Source of the DNA: Babesia bigemina
Lineage: Eukaryota
Direction: 5' to 3'
DNA: 64,000 nucleotides
NCBI RefSeq assembly: GCF_000981445.1
Contig: NC_027217.1
Span: forward strand, 248,001 to 312,000
Shown: one piece after another, positions 1-11,586 of the stretch
Layout: every line of letters begins with the position of its first letter
Numbering within the stretch: the stretch's first letter is position 1
Notes under the pieces: model-generated
What the model saw: the letters and a program-made list of their open reading frames with translations, nothing else
What the model was told of the DNA's origin: nothing
Databases searched by the model: none
Program-made: the position numbers and the translations under genes

Positions 1-2
1 CG

Positions 3-671
3 CGTGAGAGCCGTCGCAAGGCTGAGCCAACAAATGTAGTGGACAAGAGCAAGAGTCTCTGGAAGAGGAAACGCAGCAAGTTCAAGACGCTCGAAAAGAG
101 GGCGATAGCGCCGTTAACCGGCAACGATTTTCAAGAAGCAATGGAGTTTTTAAAGCAGATTGTGGAGTCGCTTTACCGCGACCAGATGCCCCCGACTTTT
201 TTCAACGTACGCAGTCGCTTCGTGGAGTTCGACACTAAGAACATTCCGGTGGAGCACATCATGAACATCTGTCAGCGCCGCCCGGACGTGTTCCGCGTGG
301 AGACGAACGACGCGCTGAACCAGACGTACATCTACTTTGTCAAGCCTCCGAGCTACTTCACGAAGTGGATAGACCGCAACGACCTGACTGACGTCTATCC
401 TGAGGCGATGTGGGACAAGTTCCTGGACTTTTTGGTCGAGCTGGTGAATAACCCCGACCACGTGATGCCCGTATTCCCTGGCAGCATTTACGGTACGGCT
501 AAGGTGTTCCAGAAGCTGGAGCTCGAGTTTTTCGAGGGCATGACGCTGGGCGTGCTCTGCCACGTGGTTCAGCTGGCCGTTCGCGTGCGCAAGCTGCTGA
601 TGTACGAGCTCAAGACCCTGAAGCCTAACCTGCTTGCAATTCTGCAGGCGTGCATCAAGCGGTCTAAATGA
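3..671 (+). CDS. OST-HTH-associated (OHA) domain protein, 5'-truncated by the window edge
   Basis: Frame open from nt 3 to TGA 669-671. YPEAMWDKFLDFL...FPGSIYGTAKVFQK...MTLGVLCHVVQLAV matches the OHA-domain pattern (YP..W..F...GG.YG.A..L....SLG.LCHIVQLAI). Confidence 0.65.
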   Translation, partial: RESRRKAEPTNVVDKSKSLWKRKRSKFKTLEKRAIAPLTGNDFQEAMEFLKQIVESLYRDQMPPTFFNVRSRFVEFDTKNIPVEHIMNICQRRPDVFRVETNDALNQTYIYFVKPPSYFTKWIDRNDLTDVYPEAMWDKFLDFLVELVNNPDHVMPVFPGSIYGTAKVFQKLELEFFEGMTLGVLCHVVQLAVRVRKLLMYELKTLKPNLLAILQACIKRSK

Positions 672-796
672 AGTTCTTTTCCTAATCTATTTACGCTACA
701 TCTGTGCTTTGCTGTTTGTGGCATGTTTGGGCGTCCGGTGGTGTATGCGCGTCCGCCGCGTCGTGCATTCGCAACTTCGCCGTCGCACATTTAACC

Positions 797-3700
797 ATGG
801 ATGAGGGACAGTTGATTGAGGCACTTCCGCGGCTCGAAAAGGCCAAGGATGACGCCAATGTGTTGTACCGCGAGCGCCGTTTCAAGGCCGCCGCGCAGGC
901 CTACACACAGCTCGTGGCCGAGATTCTGGCCGTGGAGCCGTCGGCCGCCAATGTCGCCGCGCTGTCGGCCGCTGCGAAGGAGGCGTCAGTGAAGGACGAG
1001 AACGTTTCGCGTCTGCTGGCCACCCTGCTCTCCAATGCAGCTCTGTGCTACTACCAGGAGCAGTCCATCGACAAGGCGTCGGAGCTCTGGGAGGCGTGCC
1101 TGTCCGTGGACGCCTACAACTACAAGGCGGCGTACAACCTCGCGCAGTGCCACGTGGCCCGCAAGGAGCTGAAGAAGGCGCTGGAGCTGGTTGCGCGCTG
1201 CCAGAACATCGCGCTGACGAAGGGCATGAACAACACCAAGTCGCTGCCGCACGCCGAGCTGATGCAGCGCATAGGCTCCACCGTGGAGCGCGATTACGAC
1301 GAGCGCCAGGGCTACAGCGGGAACGATGCGATTTTCGCTGCGCTGGAGTCCGGGCAGTCCGTGCGTGACAACCTGGAGAAGTTGAGCATGCAGAGCCGCA
1401 CCGAGACCGCGCGCAACCGCGTGATCCCCCGCCTCATAAAGGTCATCAAAGGCGCGACGGACGTGGTGAAGCACGCGTCGACCCACGCCGACACTTGGGG
1501 CACGATCCACGTGCTGCTGCAGGACGTGGGTTCTGCGACCGAGGCGGAGCTGCTGTCGCAGCTGTCGTCGGGTTTGTCCGAGCACTCGCTGGACCTTGTG
1601 AGCTACGGAAAGGAGGTGATGAAATGCATCGAGAACAACCGGTCAGCTGCGAAATCGCTGTACGCTGTGGCGTTCCAGTTCGGCCGCGTGTGCTACCACC
1701 TGGGCAGCACCGCGTCGCTGGAGGCGCTGTGCAGCATCGTGGAGCGCGTCGAGCCCGAGCTGGAGCAGCGCATCTACTCGTGCGTGTACCAGTACTTCTC
1801 GCGTCCGCGCCACGACGAGAAGCGCGCTGTGGACGGGCACTTCAGCACCGTGCTGAGCCGGCTGCTGGAGACGATGCTGGGCCAGTGCGAGCTGGGCTGC
1901 CCCAACGAGAGGCGCGACACCATCGAGCGCGTGCTGGTGTCCATCTTCGTGATGGCCCCCACCCGCTTCGCGATTTCCGAGGAGACCCTGAACGGCGTGA
2001 TAACGCGTCTGCTGAGCGCCTACGTCGCGTTCGCGCCGGACCCAGCGCTGTCCAACTGCCTGCTGCAGTCGCAGTGGTACATGGCGATGCGTTGCCTGCA
2101 CGTGTCCAACAAGTCGCTGTTCAAGGAGTACATGCTGACCGGCGGTCTGGTGCCCCCGCTGATCGGTAACTTCATGATCGTGGGGTGGGAGGAGGCGAGC
2201 ATGTCGCAGCTGCGTCTGTTTTCGAGCGAGGTGATTGTGTTCTGCATGGACTACATGGAGCTGCGTCAGCAGGTTGTGGAGACCAAGGTGAACGAGCAGA
2301 CTCTGGTTGAGTTTTTGCGGCACGACGTGGGCTTCGCGAAGTTCTTGGGCAAGCTCGTCGAGCGTGACGGCGAGATCGAGGAGTACTGCCGCAAGGGGAA
2401 ATTCGAGTTCAAGAGCCCGCTGATTTCCGACATGGAGCGGTCACTGCACGAGTTCAAGCTGCTGATCCTTTCCAAGCTGGCGGTGCACTCCACCGAGGTG
2501 ATGCGTCAGATCTGCGACGCCTTCGAAGTCATGGGCATGGTTCCGCTGGCGATCGTGGCCAACCTGATCGACGGTTACCGCGTGGACCTACTGATCGACT
2601 CGCTGTCGTTCTTGACCCTGCACGGCGAGGCGAAGGAGGACGTGGTGGTGGACATGCTGCTGCCGGTGCTGCGGTGGTCGGAGTCGAGCGCGGACTGCAA
2701 GGACCGCACGTTTTACATGGTGTGCCAGACCCTGGCTAACCTCACTCGTTCTCGCAGCCACCGCGACAACTTCAACAGGGACCCGAGCACCGGCGCCATG
2801 TACGACGAGGCGCAAATCTCTGCTCTGCGCGAGGCGTACGAGAAGCTGCCCGCCGCCAGCCGCCCCAAGTCCAACGGCGAGTACGACGAGGGCAGCGAAG
2901 AGCTGGCCGAGCGCAGCCGCAAGGCGATTCTGTCGCTGCACGACGACGTGCCGGGGCTGCTGATAAACCTCGCACGGAAGGCGTCTCCCGACAATGCCGA
3001 GACCGACTCTTCCGAGTCCGGCAAGAGCGGCTCGGCGTCGCGTTACGACTCCGCCGCGTACCTGGTGATTCTGGAGACGCTGCACAACGTGACGGCGCCG
3101 CGTGCCACTCGTGGTAAGATGCATACCGCCGGTGCGCTGCGGTTCTTTTTGAACGCCGCCAGCAACTCCGCGCACCAGAAGAGCAAGCGTTCGCGCTACT
3201 TCACGCAGTCTGTCGCCCAAATCTGCATGTCTTCCGACCCGAGGAACCTGTCGTACCGTGACGCACTTGACGCGTGTGGCCTGCTGGTGAAGCTGCTCCG
3301 CGACGACAGCGAGCTGCTGCAGTACGAGGCCGCGCTGGGCCTGACGAACCTGCTCGCCGTGGACGACAGCGTCCGTCAGCGCGTGTGGAAGGTCGGCGGG
3401 TGGGACGCCCTGGGCGCGCTGCTGTCGTCGGACAACGCGCTGCTGAAGGCCGCCGGCCTCGAGGGCTGGTGCAACTTCGCCAACGATTCCGGTTGCGTGA
3501 CCTCCCACATCTACAGCAAGCTGTCCGACCTGCTGGACGATGAGGAGCGTCGCATCCGTAAGGAGAGCGAGGCCGAGAATCCCGCCGATAGCGCCGGCGA
3601 TGGTGGCAGCGACGACGAGGAGGGCGATCAAACTACCGACGCTAACGTCAAGACCACCGCCTCTGACGTCCAAACCACCGACGCTAACGTCAAGACCACC

Positions 3701-4255
3701 GCCTCTGACGTCCAAACCACCGACTCTGACAACCAGGCTACTGATAACGACGCCCAAACCACCGATACCGACAAGGCTGAGGAAGCCGCCGCCTCAAGCG
3801 ACTGTCTCAAGAAGGTGCCCATTCTACAAATGCACGACATTAACGTGATGTTGATGTTCGCGGCCGACACTTCGGACCTGCGCTGTGCCAAGGCGAGCAC
3901 TGGGTATGTTACATAGTATACTGCTTCATTTGACATCAGGGCGCTTGCTCACCTGAGCAACGACGTGCGCGTGGCGGGCTACCTGCCGCTCTGCAGCAAG
4001 TTCGACCGCCTGATCGTGGCCGCCGACAGCCTGGAGGACCGCGACGCGCTGCAGCGCGTGTTCACGATCTTCAACCACGTGCAGCAGGGCCACGAGGTGG
4101 GTGAGTCCGCTGCGCGCGAGTACGTCGCGAAGGTGAAGCGCGACATCCGTGCGTGCACGGAGCGCAACATGCCTAAGATGAAAGCCTGCGGCCTCCTCGA
4201 TCTCGCTGAGGAGGTGCTGCGTCACTCAGACATTACAGACAATTCGATCGCGTAG
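797..4255 (+). CDS. UNC45: UNC-45/UCS-family myosin chaperone (TPR + ARM/UCS domain); 2 exons 797-3903, 3940-4255
   Basis: N-terminal TPRs (KDDANVLYRERRFKAAAQAY; LLSNAALCY; KAAYNLAQCH). UCS motifs LLQYEAALGLTNLLAVDDSVRQRV and AAGLEGWCNF. The 36-nt GT-AG intron 3904-3939 restores GALAHLS. Confidence 0.85.
3629..3775 (+). repeat. Coding 21-bp (7-aa) tandem repeat x7, including a near-exact 42-bp duplication, inside UNC-45
   Basis: QTTDANV KTTASDV QTTDANV KTTASDV QTTDSDN QATDNDA QTTDTDK. DNA caaac(t/c)accgacgctaacgtcaagaccaccgcctctgacgtc occurs twice. Confidence 0.9.
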
Positions 4256-6046
4256 CGCGTAATACTTTGGTCTCCGGTGGTGCATGATGGCGACTCCGAT
4301 GAGCATGAACATGATGGTGACGAACACGAAGAGGTCGAAGCGGTGCTGCAGCCCCAGCCAGACCAGTATGTCGCCCTCGAACATGAACTGCAGCGCGCTC
4401 TTGCGCTGGCTTTCCGGCAAAAAGGGTATCATGAGGCAGAACTGCGAGGGTACGCTGCAGACGAGGAATGCGCTGAGCGCTAGGCCGAGCGAGTTGTCCG
4501 TGAGCAGCCTCCGCTTCTGGAAGTACTGCGTGTTGAGCAGGATGCGGCAGAAGTCGAAGAAGTGGTCGAGGTTTGCGAGCGTGATGATCATGAGCAGCAG
4601 GGCGCTGATGCGCGAGAGCGTGAGGTCCAGGTATGAGGGCGGCTCGCTGCGCATGAGCACGTCGCTGATGAGTCGCCTGACGAAGTTGTCCTTGATGTAA
4701 AGGTGGTATACGTGGGCCATCACCTTGGTGGCGCCCTCGCGCGTGGCCGTCTCTGCGTAGGGCGCCTGGCTGATCTTGATGATGCGGTAGGACACCACCA
4801 GCACTGTGCGCACCGCCCATAGCACCTCGCAATAGCGCACCATTATGCGCAGCCTGCCGAACTTGCTATTCCAGAGCTGTCGGTGATGCCGTATGTCGAG
4901 CAGGTACGCGCGCTCCTGCCTTATATACGCCTGCAAGCGCATCAAGCCGTGAACCGAGTTCTGATTGGTTGCCTCCCGTACTGCCAAATCGGTGTGGCGC
5001 CACCACCGCCACGGGTTGCGCACCACGTTCGTGAGGTAACCGTTGACCCGCCGTAAGACGCTCCTGCATACACCTGTGGGCGCACCGGGTGCCTGCGCCT
5101 CTTCCGGGGCGTACGTGGCGCACGAAGGGTCGCTTGTGGCGTCCTGCGCTTCGGGCGCTGTGCTTATCGCTGGGGAGCTGTTCTGCTCCATGCGGTCCAT
5201 GTAGTGGCTCGTGCGGAAGAACCCCGTGGGCTCTGCCTCAAACTCCTCGTCCTCACTCTCCTCCTCGCTGCACTCCGCCACGAGGCTGGCCAGCGGGTCG
5301 CGCTGCTTGAGTATCTCCTCCCTGAGGTGCTGTATGGCCATCGTGGCGTCCGCGATGCGGTTGTCCACCTGTGTGGTGGTGAGCACATCCTTGCGCGTGA
5401 CGTATACGCGGTAGGGCACGTACACGCTCGTGAACCCCGTGAGCACGGCGATGAAGGCGAGTCCGAAGCCGCTCACGCCGAGCGCGTCTAATATGACGGT
5501 GGAGGTGTCAGCTTGGGTCTTCAGTACCAGCAGCTCGCTCAACATCGCCCGCGTGAACGCCCACGAAATACAGTTCCATACCAGCAGGAACAGCAGCACT
5601 CTGGAGATGCGGTGCACGGCTCGCAGCTCCGAGGTGATGTTGATGTACTTGTGGCATAGTCCGGCTGGCGCGAGGTAGAATATGATGATCTTGCATATGA
5701 TGACGTCGGCCGCCCAGAGCAGGTCTAAGAAGCTTCGGTCCGAGTTGTCTGAGAGCAACACTTTGGTGCATATGATCAGCACGAATCCGAAGCAGGCGAG
5801 GAAGCTGAGTCCGAACGCGAATGCGCCGATCTTCCTGCGCGAGAGCAGGTCATGCTCCTCGATTTGCGATGCGATGTCTTCGACGATGATGTCATCCTGA
5901 TAGGTAGCCGCCCTACCCGTGGAGTGCCCCAGGAGCGACCACTTGCGGCGCACCCGGAGGAAGATCTCCACGCCCAGCAGGCCGACCAGAAAGAGGAGTA
6001 CGTGCACGGCCGATACTAGCAGCTTTCCTTGGCTCCAGTACGACAT
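4226..6046 (-). CDS. GPR89/GPHR (GTG-like) multi-pass membrane protein, 606 aa
   Basis: About 9 hydrophobic segments with a large central loop. LGVSGFGLAFIAVLTGFTSVYVPY resembles the GPHR motif GVIGVTLMALLSGFGAVNCPY. Confidence 0.65.
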   Translation of the reverse strand: MSYWSQGKLLVSAVHVLLFLVGLLGVEIFLRVRRKWSLLGHSTGRAATYQDDIIVEDIASQIEEHDLLSRRKIGAFAFGLSFLACFGFVLIICTKVLLSDNSDRSFLDLLWAADVIICKIIIFYLAPAGLCHKYINITSELRAVHRISRVLLFLLVWNCISWAFTRAMLSELLVLKTQADTSTVILDALGVSGFGLAFIAVLTGFTSVYVPYRVYVTRKDVLTTTQVDNRIADATMAIQHLREEILKQRDPLASLVAECSEEESEDEEFEAEPTGFFRTSHYMDRMEQNSSPAISTAPEAQDATSDPSCATYAPEEAQAPGAPTGVCRSVLRRVNGYLTNVVRNPWRWWRHTDLAVREATNQNSVHGLMRLQAYIRQERAYLLDIRHHRQLWNSKFGRLRIMVRYCEVLWAVRTVLVVSYRIIKISQAPYAETATREGATKVMAHVYHLYIKDNFVRRLISDVLMRSEPPSYLDLTLSRISALLLMIITLANLDHFFDFCRILLNTQYFQKRRLLTDNSLGLALSAFLVCSVPSQFCLMIPFLPESQRKSALQFMFEGDILVWLGLQHRFDLFVFVTIMFMLIGVAIMHHRRPKYYALRDRIVCNV

Positions 6047-6487
6047 TGCAGCATCCCATGGTTAGCGAGTTCAGCGACGTTGGTTGTTTCTGCAGGCTTC
6101 CGCCCGCGATTTCGGTCGCCTCCCAGTTGTTGTCACCGGCGGTCGCGAGGTAGGCCTCCGGTGTGGCAGTTTCAGCGCCGCCGCCAAATCCACATCCCCT
6201 TAACGTGCAAACAAACACAATACTACATTACTGCTGACAAAATTTTACTCCTGTGTACGGTGCTGGGTGACATCGCGGACGTTCGCGTGAACTCGGGGTG
6301 CGGCCGTCGAACCCCTGAATGGCGTTAGGCAGCCACCCCCGCATTTAGCATTTGGCAATTACAGTGCGCGCGTGGTGTTGCCTGCGCACAGTTGTTGATG
6401 TGTTGCATATTGGTGGGTCTATGAGGGTGAGCGTGGCCGCGGTCTGAGTCTGATTGGCGAGGGCGCCAATCCGCGTTGCGTCGAATA

Positions 6488-6873
6488 ATGGTGTTCTACG
6501 AGTCGTACCTGCTGTTTTCTAAGCACATCACGAACGAGGAGATCGCCGCTCTGGTCGCACATATCGGCAAGCTTGCCGCCAGCCACCACGGTTTGGTGCT
6601 GCGGACGCAGAGCCTCGGTCTGCGCTACACATCGCACAGGTTGGTGGCTCCACTGCGTCTGCACGAGCGTACAGGGTCCAGAAGCCTCGCCTGGGCCTGT
6701 TCTGGTACGGGAAGTACTACTACGTGGCGCTGGCCGCGAACCCTAAGGTGGTGCCCGGCCTGCACAAGCTCTACAACTCGAACGAGCACGTGCTGCGTCA
6801 CATGACCCAGCGGATGCTGTACCGCACGAACCTGATCACAAGCCCGTACAGCCACCTGTACCAGAACCCGTAA
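6488..6873 (+). CDS. MRPS6: Organellar (likely mitochondrial) ribosomal protein bS6; exons 6488-6639, 6675-6873
   Basis: Spliced product MVFYESYLL...HHGLVLRTQSLGLRYTSHRVQKPRLGLFWYGKYYYVALAANP...NEHVLRH follows the bS6 pattern; 35-nt GT-AG intron. Confidence 0.7.
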
Positions 6874-7115
6874 ACGCGCCCCCGCCGCCCACAGCCACGG
6901 GAATTGAACCGAGCCCTCCTAGTGGCAGGAGACCGCAGTCCGTCCTTTCTACGCCGGAATCGCCGTCGACCGAAACTGCCGCAGCGTACAACCGACGGCG
7001 GACTATAATCGCACCACTTTCACAACATGGCACGATGCTTAATGCGCCTGCGGGCTTTATGCAAAGATGTAACACGCTGCGCACATGGTAGCAATAACGA
7101 TGAACCTTAGAGAGG

Positions 7116-7470
7116 TCAGTAGCTGGCGGAAGAGCCCTTGCTCTTTTTGTCACCACCGAGCTCGAAGGTCTTGCAACGCTTCAGCTTGGCGAAGTGCTTC
7201 TTCTTGCATACGGTGCACTCCTGCGGGGTGTGAGTGGCCCTATCGCCGCTGACTTACGAGCTTAAGCACGATCTTCTTGGTGGTCTTGGCCTTCTTCCTG
7301 AAGATGGGCTTGGTCTGACCACCGAAACCCGCTTGCTTCATGTCGTAACGCCTACGACCCTGCACGTGGACACTGTCTTTGCCCTTCTTGTACTGGGTGA
7401 CCTTGTGGAGCTGGTGCTTCTTGCACTTGCCGGAGCAGAGCGTCCTCCTCGACTTCGGAATGTTCACCAT
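7116..7470 (-). CDS. RPL44: 60S ribosomal protein eL42 (L44/L36a); intron 7221-7257
   Basis: [28 protein letters not shown]...[32 protein letters not shown]...[13 protein letters not shown]; probable additional 5'UTR intron ~7479-7566. Confidence 0.97.
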
Positions 7471-8525
7471 TTTGACACCTGTGTGTTGTGAGCGGGTGGG
7501 TATGAACAGGAGGCCACGCCGGCGGGGACACTTCCGGACCTCCAGGCAACGAAACCACGCACGTACGGAACAATAACCACCGCTAATGCTTCAACATAAA
7601 TTGCGGCAACAGCTTTCCGCAGAAACCTGCTCGGTTGCTCCGCAAACGTCATAACCACGTGCAACACCATAATACGGTGGACTCGGATTCCAGCGCAAAC
7701 GTACCTGTTTCTACTCAAAATGATATAAATGAAGGTCTTTTGTTTGTGTTAAGCGTGCCAGCCTGGAACACGACGGCGAGCGCGCTTTGTGCTGTTGTGG
7801 CCCTGGCGCCGCGTCCCCATCACCGCAGCCTCCCATGTCCCGTTTCTAGCTCCGGGCGGCAATGCCATGTAGACTGATTTTTGATTAATACTGATATCAT
7901 GTGTTTCGCTATTTTGCGGTTATGTGTGTTACATATCGGCTGTTCGAGGTGTTTCCGGCGTTTCGTCGCTCTTACGCTATTTATGTCTCCCTTTGGTGGT
8001 TCTCCGTTATAGGAACGGGATTTTCCCGTATATGCGTGTATATAATGTGTAACCATTCGTGTGTATAATGTGCTATTCGCACATTTCCCGTAGTTGAGCG
8101 CTGTGTCAACAGGGCACCGCGTACTGCTATCCATTTTGCTTCTGTGGGTAGTTATCGTAGCAGTTTGCGACCACATGTCAGATTGCGGTGACATGTTGTT
8201 GCACGTAGTGGTATTATCTGTCTACTTTTCCCTCTGTGATGGTCTCTTCACGCTGCTGTGGCCTGTCGTCCTTTCCGCGCTGAGTGAGGAAAATAGTTTT
8301 CCTCACACGCAGCTCGCGCTCTCCTGCTAGCGTCACTCTTTAACACACGTACACATGGCATCTGTTGATCAGAGTATTGCGCCAAGCCGTGCCCAGCGGG
8401 GTGCGCTGGGTTCGAAGTTGGACGCCATGCAACACGCTAAAGGTTGGTGTATGGCCGTTCCCATCTGCTGAGTGGCGCTTGCACACGACCACTTTACGCG
8501 CGTTGCAGTTAACATAGCGACTCAT

Positions 8526-10901
8526 ATGGGCACAGACCAATCTTCCGATGTGGCTGGAGGCGTTTCTTTGCTGGAGGAGTGCATGGCCCAGTACGAAAGC
8601 ATCCCGTGCCCAGAGCTGCCGCTGCACAAAATCCAGGCCGTCGCCGGCGGAATAGAGGAATCATCTGCGCCTGTGGACACTGCGGTTGTGACTGCTTTTT
8701 TGGAGAAAGCGCTGAGCTTCATTCTGGAAGACTCGATTGAGCTGCAATGCTCCACGAGGGAGCACTATGAGATTGCCATCGCAAGATGCGTTTTCCGGAG
8801 GCTAATATTCTCCGGTGCGTGACTTTTGCGATAATGGCGAATATAATGTCGCAGTGCTATTCACGTTGCTCAACCGGATGCCCCGCGGTGACCGGAAGGA
8901 AGCCGAAAACGAACTCTTCGGTAGACAGTAAGCAGAAAGGATTGCGCCACCGATATCACTCCGCAGCGCCCCGCTGATGGAGGCGGCGACGCACAAGCTG
9001 TTCGCCAACATCGACTTTGAGGAGAAGATATCGCTGGTGGAGTTGCTGTGGCGAGGCGTCCGCAGGGCCGGCAACGCCAAGGCCACGAAGGCGATGAGCA
9101 CGAGGCCTTGTGTGGCGTTCAGGGGGATAAAGCTGCTGCATGCGAACAATTTCGAGGTACGACCTATCCGCTATTGATTCAGCGCGTTGCTTAGAGGGAA
9201 GCGATATCTTGGTTAGAAAAGACTGGGTGCTTAAACGAGGACTTCGGCCTCTACAAGCTAAACGGTAAGGCTTCCATGCGGGCATCAAAACAGCTTTTGC
9301 CGTCTTTGTGGACACCATCATGTGTATTCAGGTCGTCTGGAACTAAAATTGCCGCATAAAATCATTTTCGAGCACGATTTCACGGAGGTCATTGTGACGC
9401 CCGCCCTGCTGAGGGTCCACATCCTGATTCCGGAGGACCAAACCTGCTTGAAACTGGAAGTACCGTTTTGTCACATGATCAGTATAAACTGCGATGGTGG
9501 TGGTTTGGAGTTTAGCTTCAAGATGGTCCACTCGCGCTTCAACACTGCTGGCTTGTGGTAAGGGCCTTCCGTACGTGTCGCCGTCTCATTAGTTTCAGGA
9601 GTGTGCCACTGCAAGAATCCGTATCGCAGCTGGTCGATTCTGATGACATTTTCGTCACGAAATTAAATCTTGTGGATCCAGTATCACCCCGCCTGTCGGC
9701 AGCTATTATGTAGGTCGATCAGTGCCCGTCTACGTAAGTGCGTTAGGTCCGTCGGTAATGTGATTAACGTCACGGAGGAAGAAGAGGAGGAACCATTTGC
9801 CGCGCAGCAGTTCGAACAGGATGATGGCCCCGTGGTGTTCCAGATTGGGTCTGAGAGCGAGGAGGAAGACGAGCTGTGTGTCCAGGAGAATGTGCCCATC
9901 CTGCCGAGTTCACTCACCTACAAGGTGTCTGGTCGGCGGAAGGTGGACTCACGGCACCATTTCCATGATACCGATAGCATCGACGACTACAAGTTCATGG
10001 ACAAACTGTCTAAGCGCATGGACTGTAGGTTGCCAAGCGCCTCCTGGGCGGCCACCTCACATGACGCAGACCCGTCATCCCCCTCGACCCTAAGTTACAA
10101 CCAGGCATCGGTATCGCTATCTACAGAAGTAAGAACGGCGCTCCATAACATGCAACCACATTTTCTTACACAGCAGCCTCATGTCATCTCAGGTGTCTAA
10201 CAACATGTCGTCCTGCGAGAAGCCGTTCGGCGACCCGCTGCTGGAGCCCAATCACAGGCCGATGCACCTGCATGGCCACAGCACGGATGAACCTCTCATG
10301 GTAGGCCGCCTCCAGCCGCTCCGAACCCTTCGCAGCTGAGCCTCGAGCACTACCGGGAAGTCAAGGCCAAGGAGCTTCTATCCATATTCAAACGGATCTA
10401 CCGGGAAGAGTCCGACCAGGCGAAAGCCGAAATCGCCAAGCTGTGCGCGGTAGGGACACCTGCGTTGCGACCGAAGCTTGTGCAGGCGCAAGAAACCCAG
10501 CGTCGCGAGGCACAGGAGTCGTACCGCAAGGAGGTGGTGTCCCTCGTGAAGGAAATCGAACTGAACCACCACGACCTCATGGACCAGCTGAAAGTGAGCT
10601 TTGTTACCCCTTGGTCGTTTAACGATTGCAGAAGTTGCTGGGCGACTTCGACGCCCTGCGCAACAACAGCCTGGGCAAGGACGGTCGGAAGCCAGACAAG
10701 GCTCGGGGCCTGGACATGGGCAACTCCCTAATCGCAAGCTCTAACGGCCTGGTAGAGGTAACCTATACGGCTCACGTTACGCTAATAAATGTGCAGAAGA
10801 CCGAGACCGCGATAAAGGACATCGACGACGTGATCCAGCGAATCCGGATGCATTACGTGAAGAGGAAAATCGACTGCTCCCGAGCCCTAGAGGGCCTCTA
10901 G
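8526..10901 (+). CDS. Multi-exon protein with helical N-terminus, PH-like beta domain, disordered middle and C-terminal coiled coil; possible SYCP2/ASY3/Red1-like meiotic axis protein
   Basis: ORFs 8472-8822, 8977-9177, 9322-9561, 9670-10200, 10465-10731 and 10626-10901 are joinable by short GT-AG introns. Motifs IDFEEKISLVELLWR and FRGIKLLHANNFEREAISWL. Middle exon boundaries are uncertain. Confidence 0.55.
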
Positions 10902-11586
10902 GAACCACACCGGGGCGCGATACAATGAACTGTTTCTATTTTTTGGCAATGTGCAATGCTTCTGAGCATCATTACGTGGTTCCCATGCGCCCTCTACGCA
11001 AGGCGATTGAGTTCTCCACCCGCGACTGTACACATAACGAGTTTATCGTTACAAAAAGGTCGACGGGAGTGTATATGTAGCGTTCGCCCCCGCAATGGGC
11101 AGCCTCAATGCAGGCAATGTCACGTTGTCTATATAGACCGTACGCGATGGCGTCGGAGGTGTAGCCTGCGCAGACAACCGCAACCACCGCTACAACGGAG
11201 TTAGCCACGGCCTAAATGTGTGTAACTCAATAAAGAACGTGCACTGAGCCGCTGTGCCGAAGTCGGCCTCGCGCCGCGATCGCCTCCGTCTGACCTCAGA
11301 CCGGCGCCAAGACGGCGTGGCAGCGTACCCGTTCCCGCTGCCAATACCACACCCCGTGTCGCCTAGAGGTATGGTGTGGCCGGGCTGGCGGTGGAGGACT
11401 ACACACTTGGTTGCATCGCCGCTTTTGCTCCGGAAGTGCATCAGGTATACTGGAGGTGCGTGGTACTTGTTTAGGCACGCGCACATCTTTTCCGTGTTTA
11501 CACACGAGCTAAATTCAATGCCGTCGTCGCACAGATTGGCGGCAACGTAAGTTTCGCTGTGATTTCGCCGGCTCGCCAGTGTCAGT

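Noticed and set aside
704..796. Upstream non-ATG start of the 1070-aa ORF
   Set aside because: Eukaryotic gene; ATG 797 directly precedes the TPR domain.
7300..7330. eL42 cycloheximide-resistance site
   Set aside because: GGQTKP retains the usual Pro; nothing unusual.
7570..8470. Short ORFs in intergenic regions (also 10950-11550, 22900-23500, 41200-42400, 43400-44400, 56700-57850, 60750-61850)
   Set aside because: No coding bias or motifs; consistent with promoters and UTRs. No ncRNA recognisable by eye.
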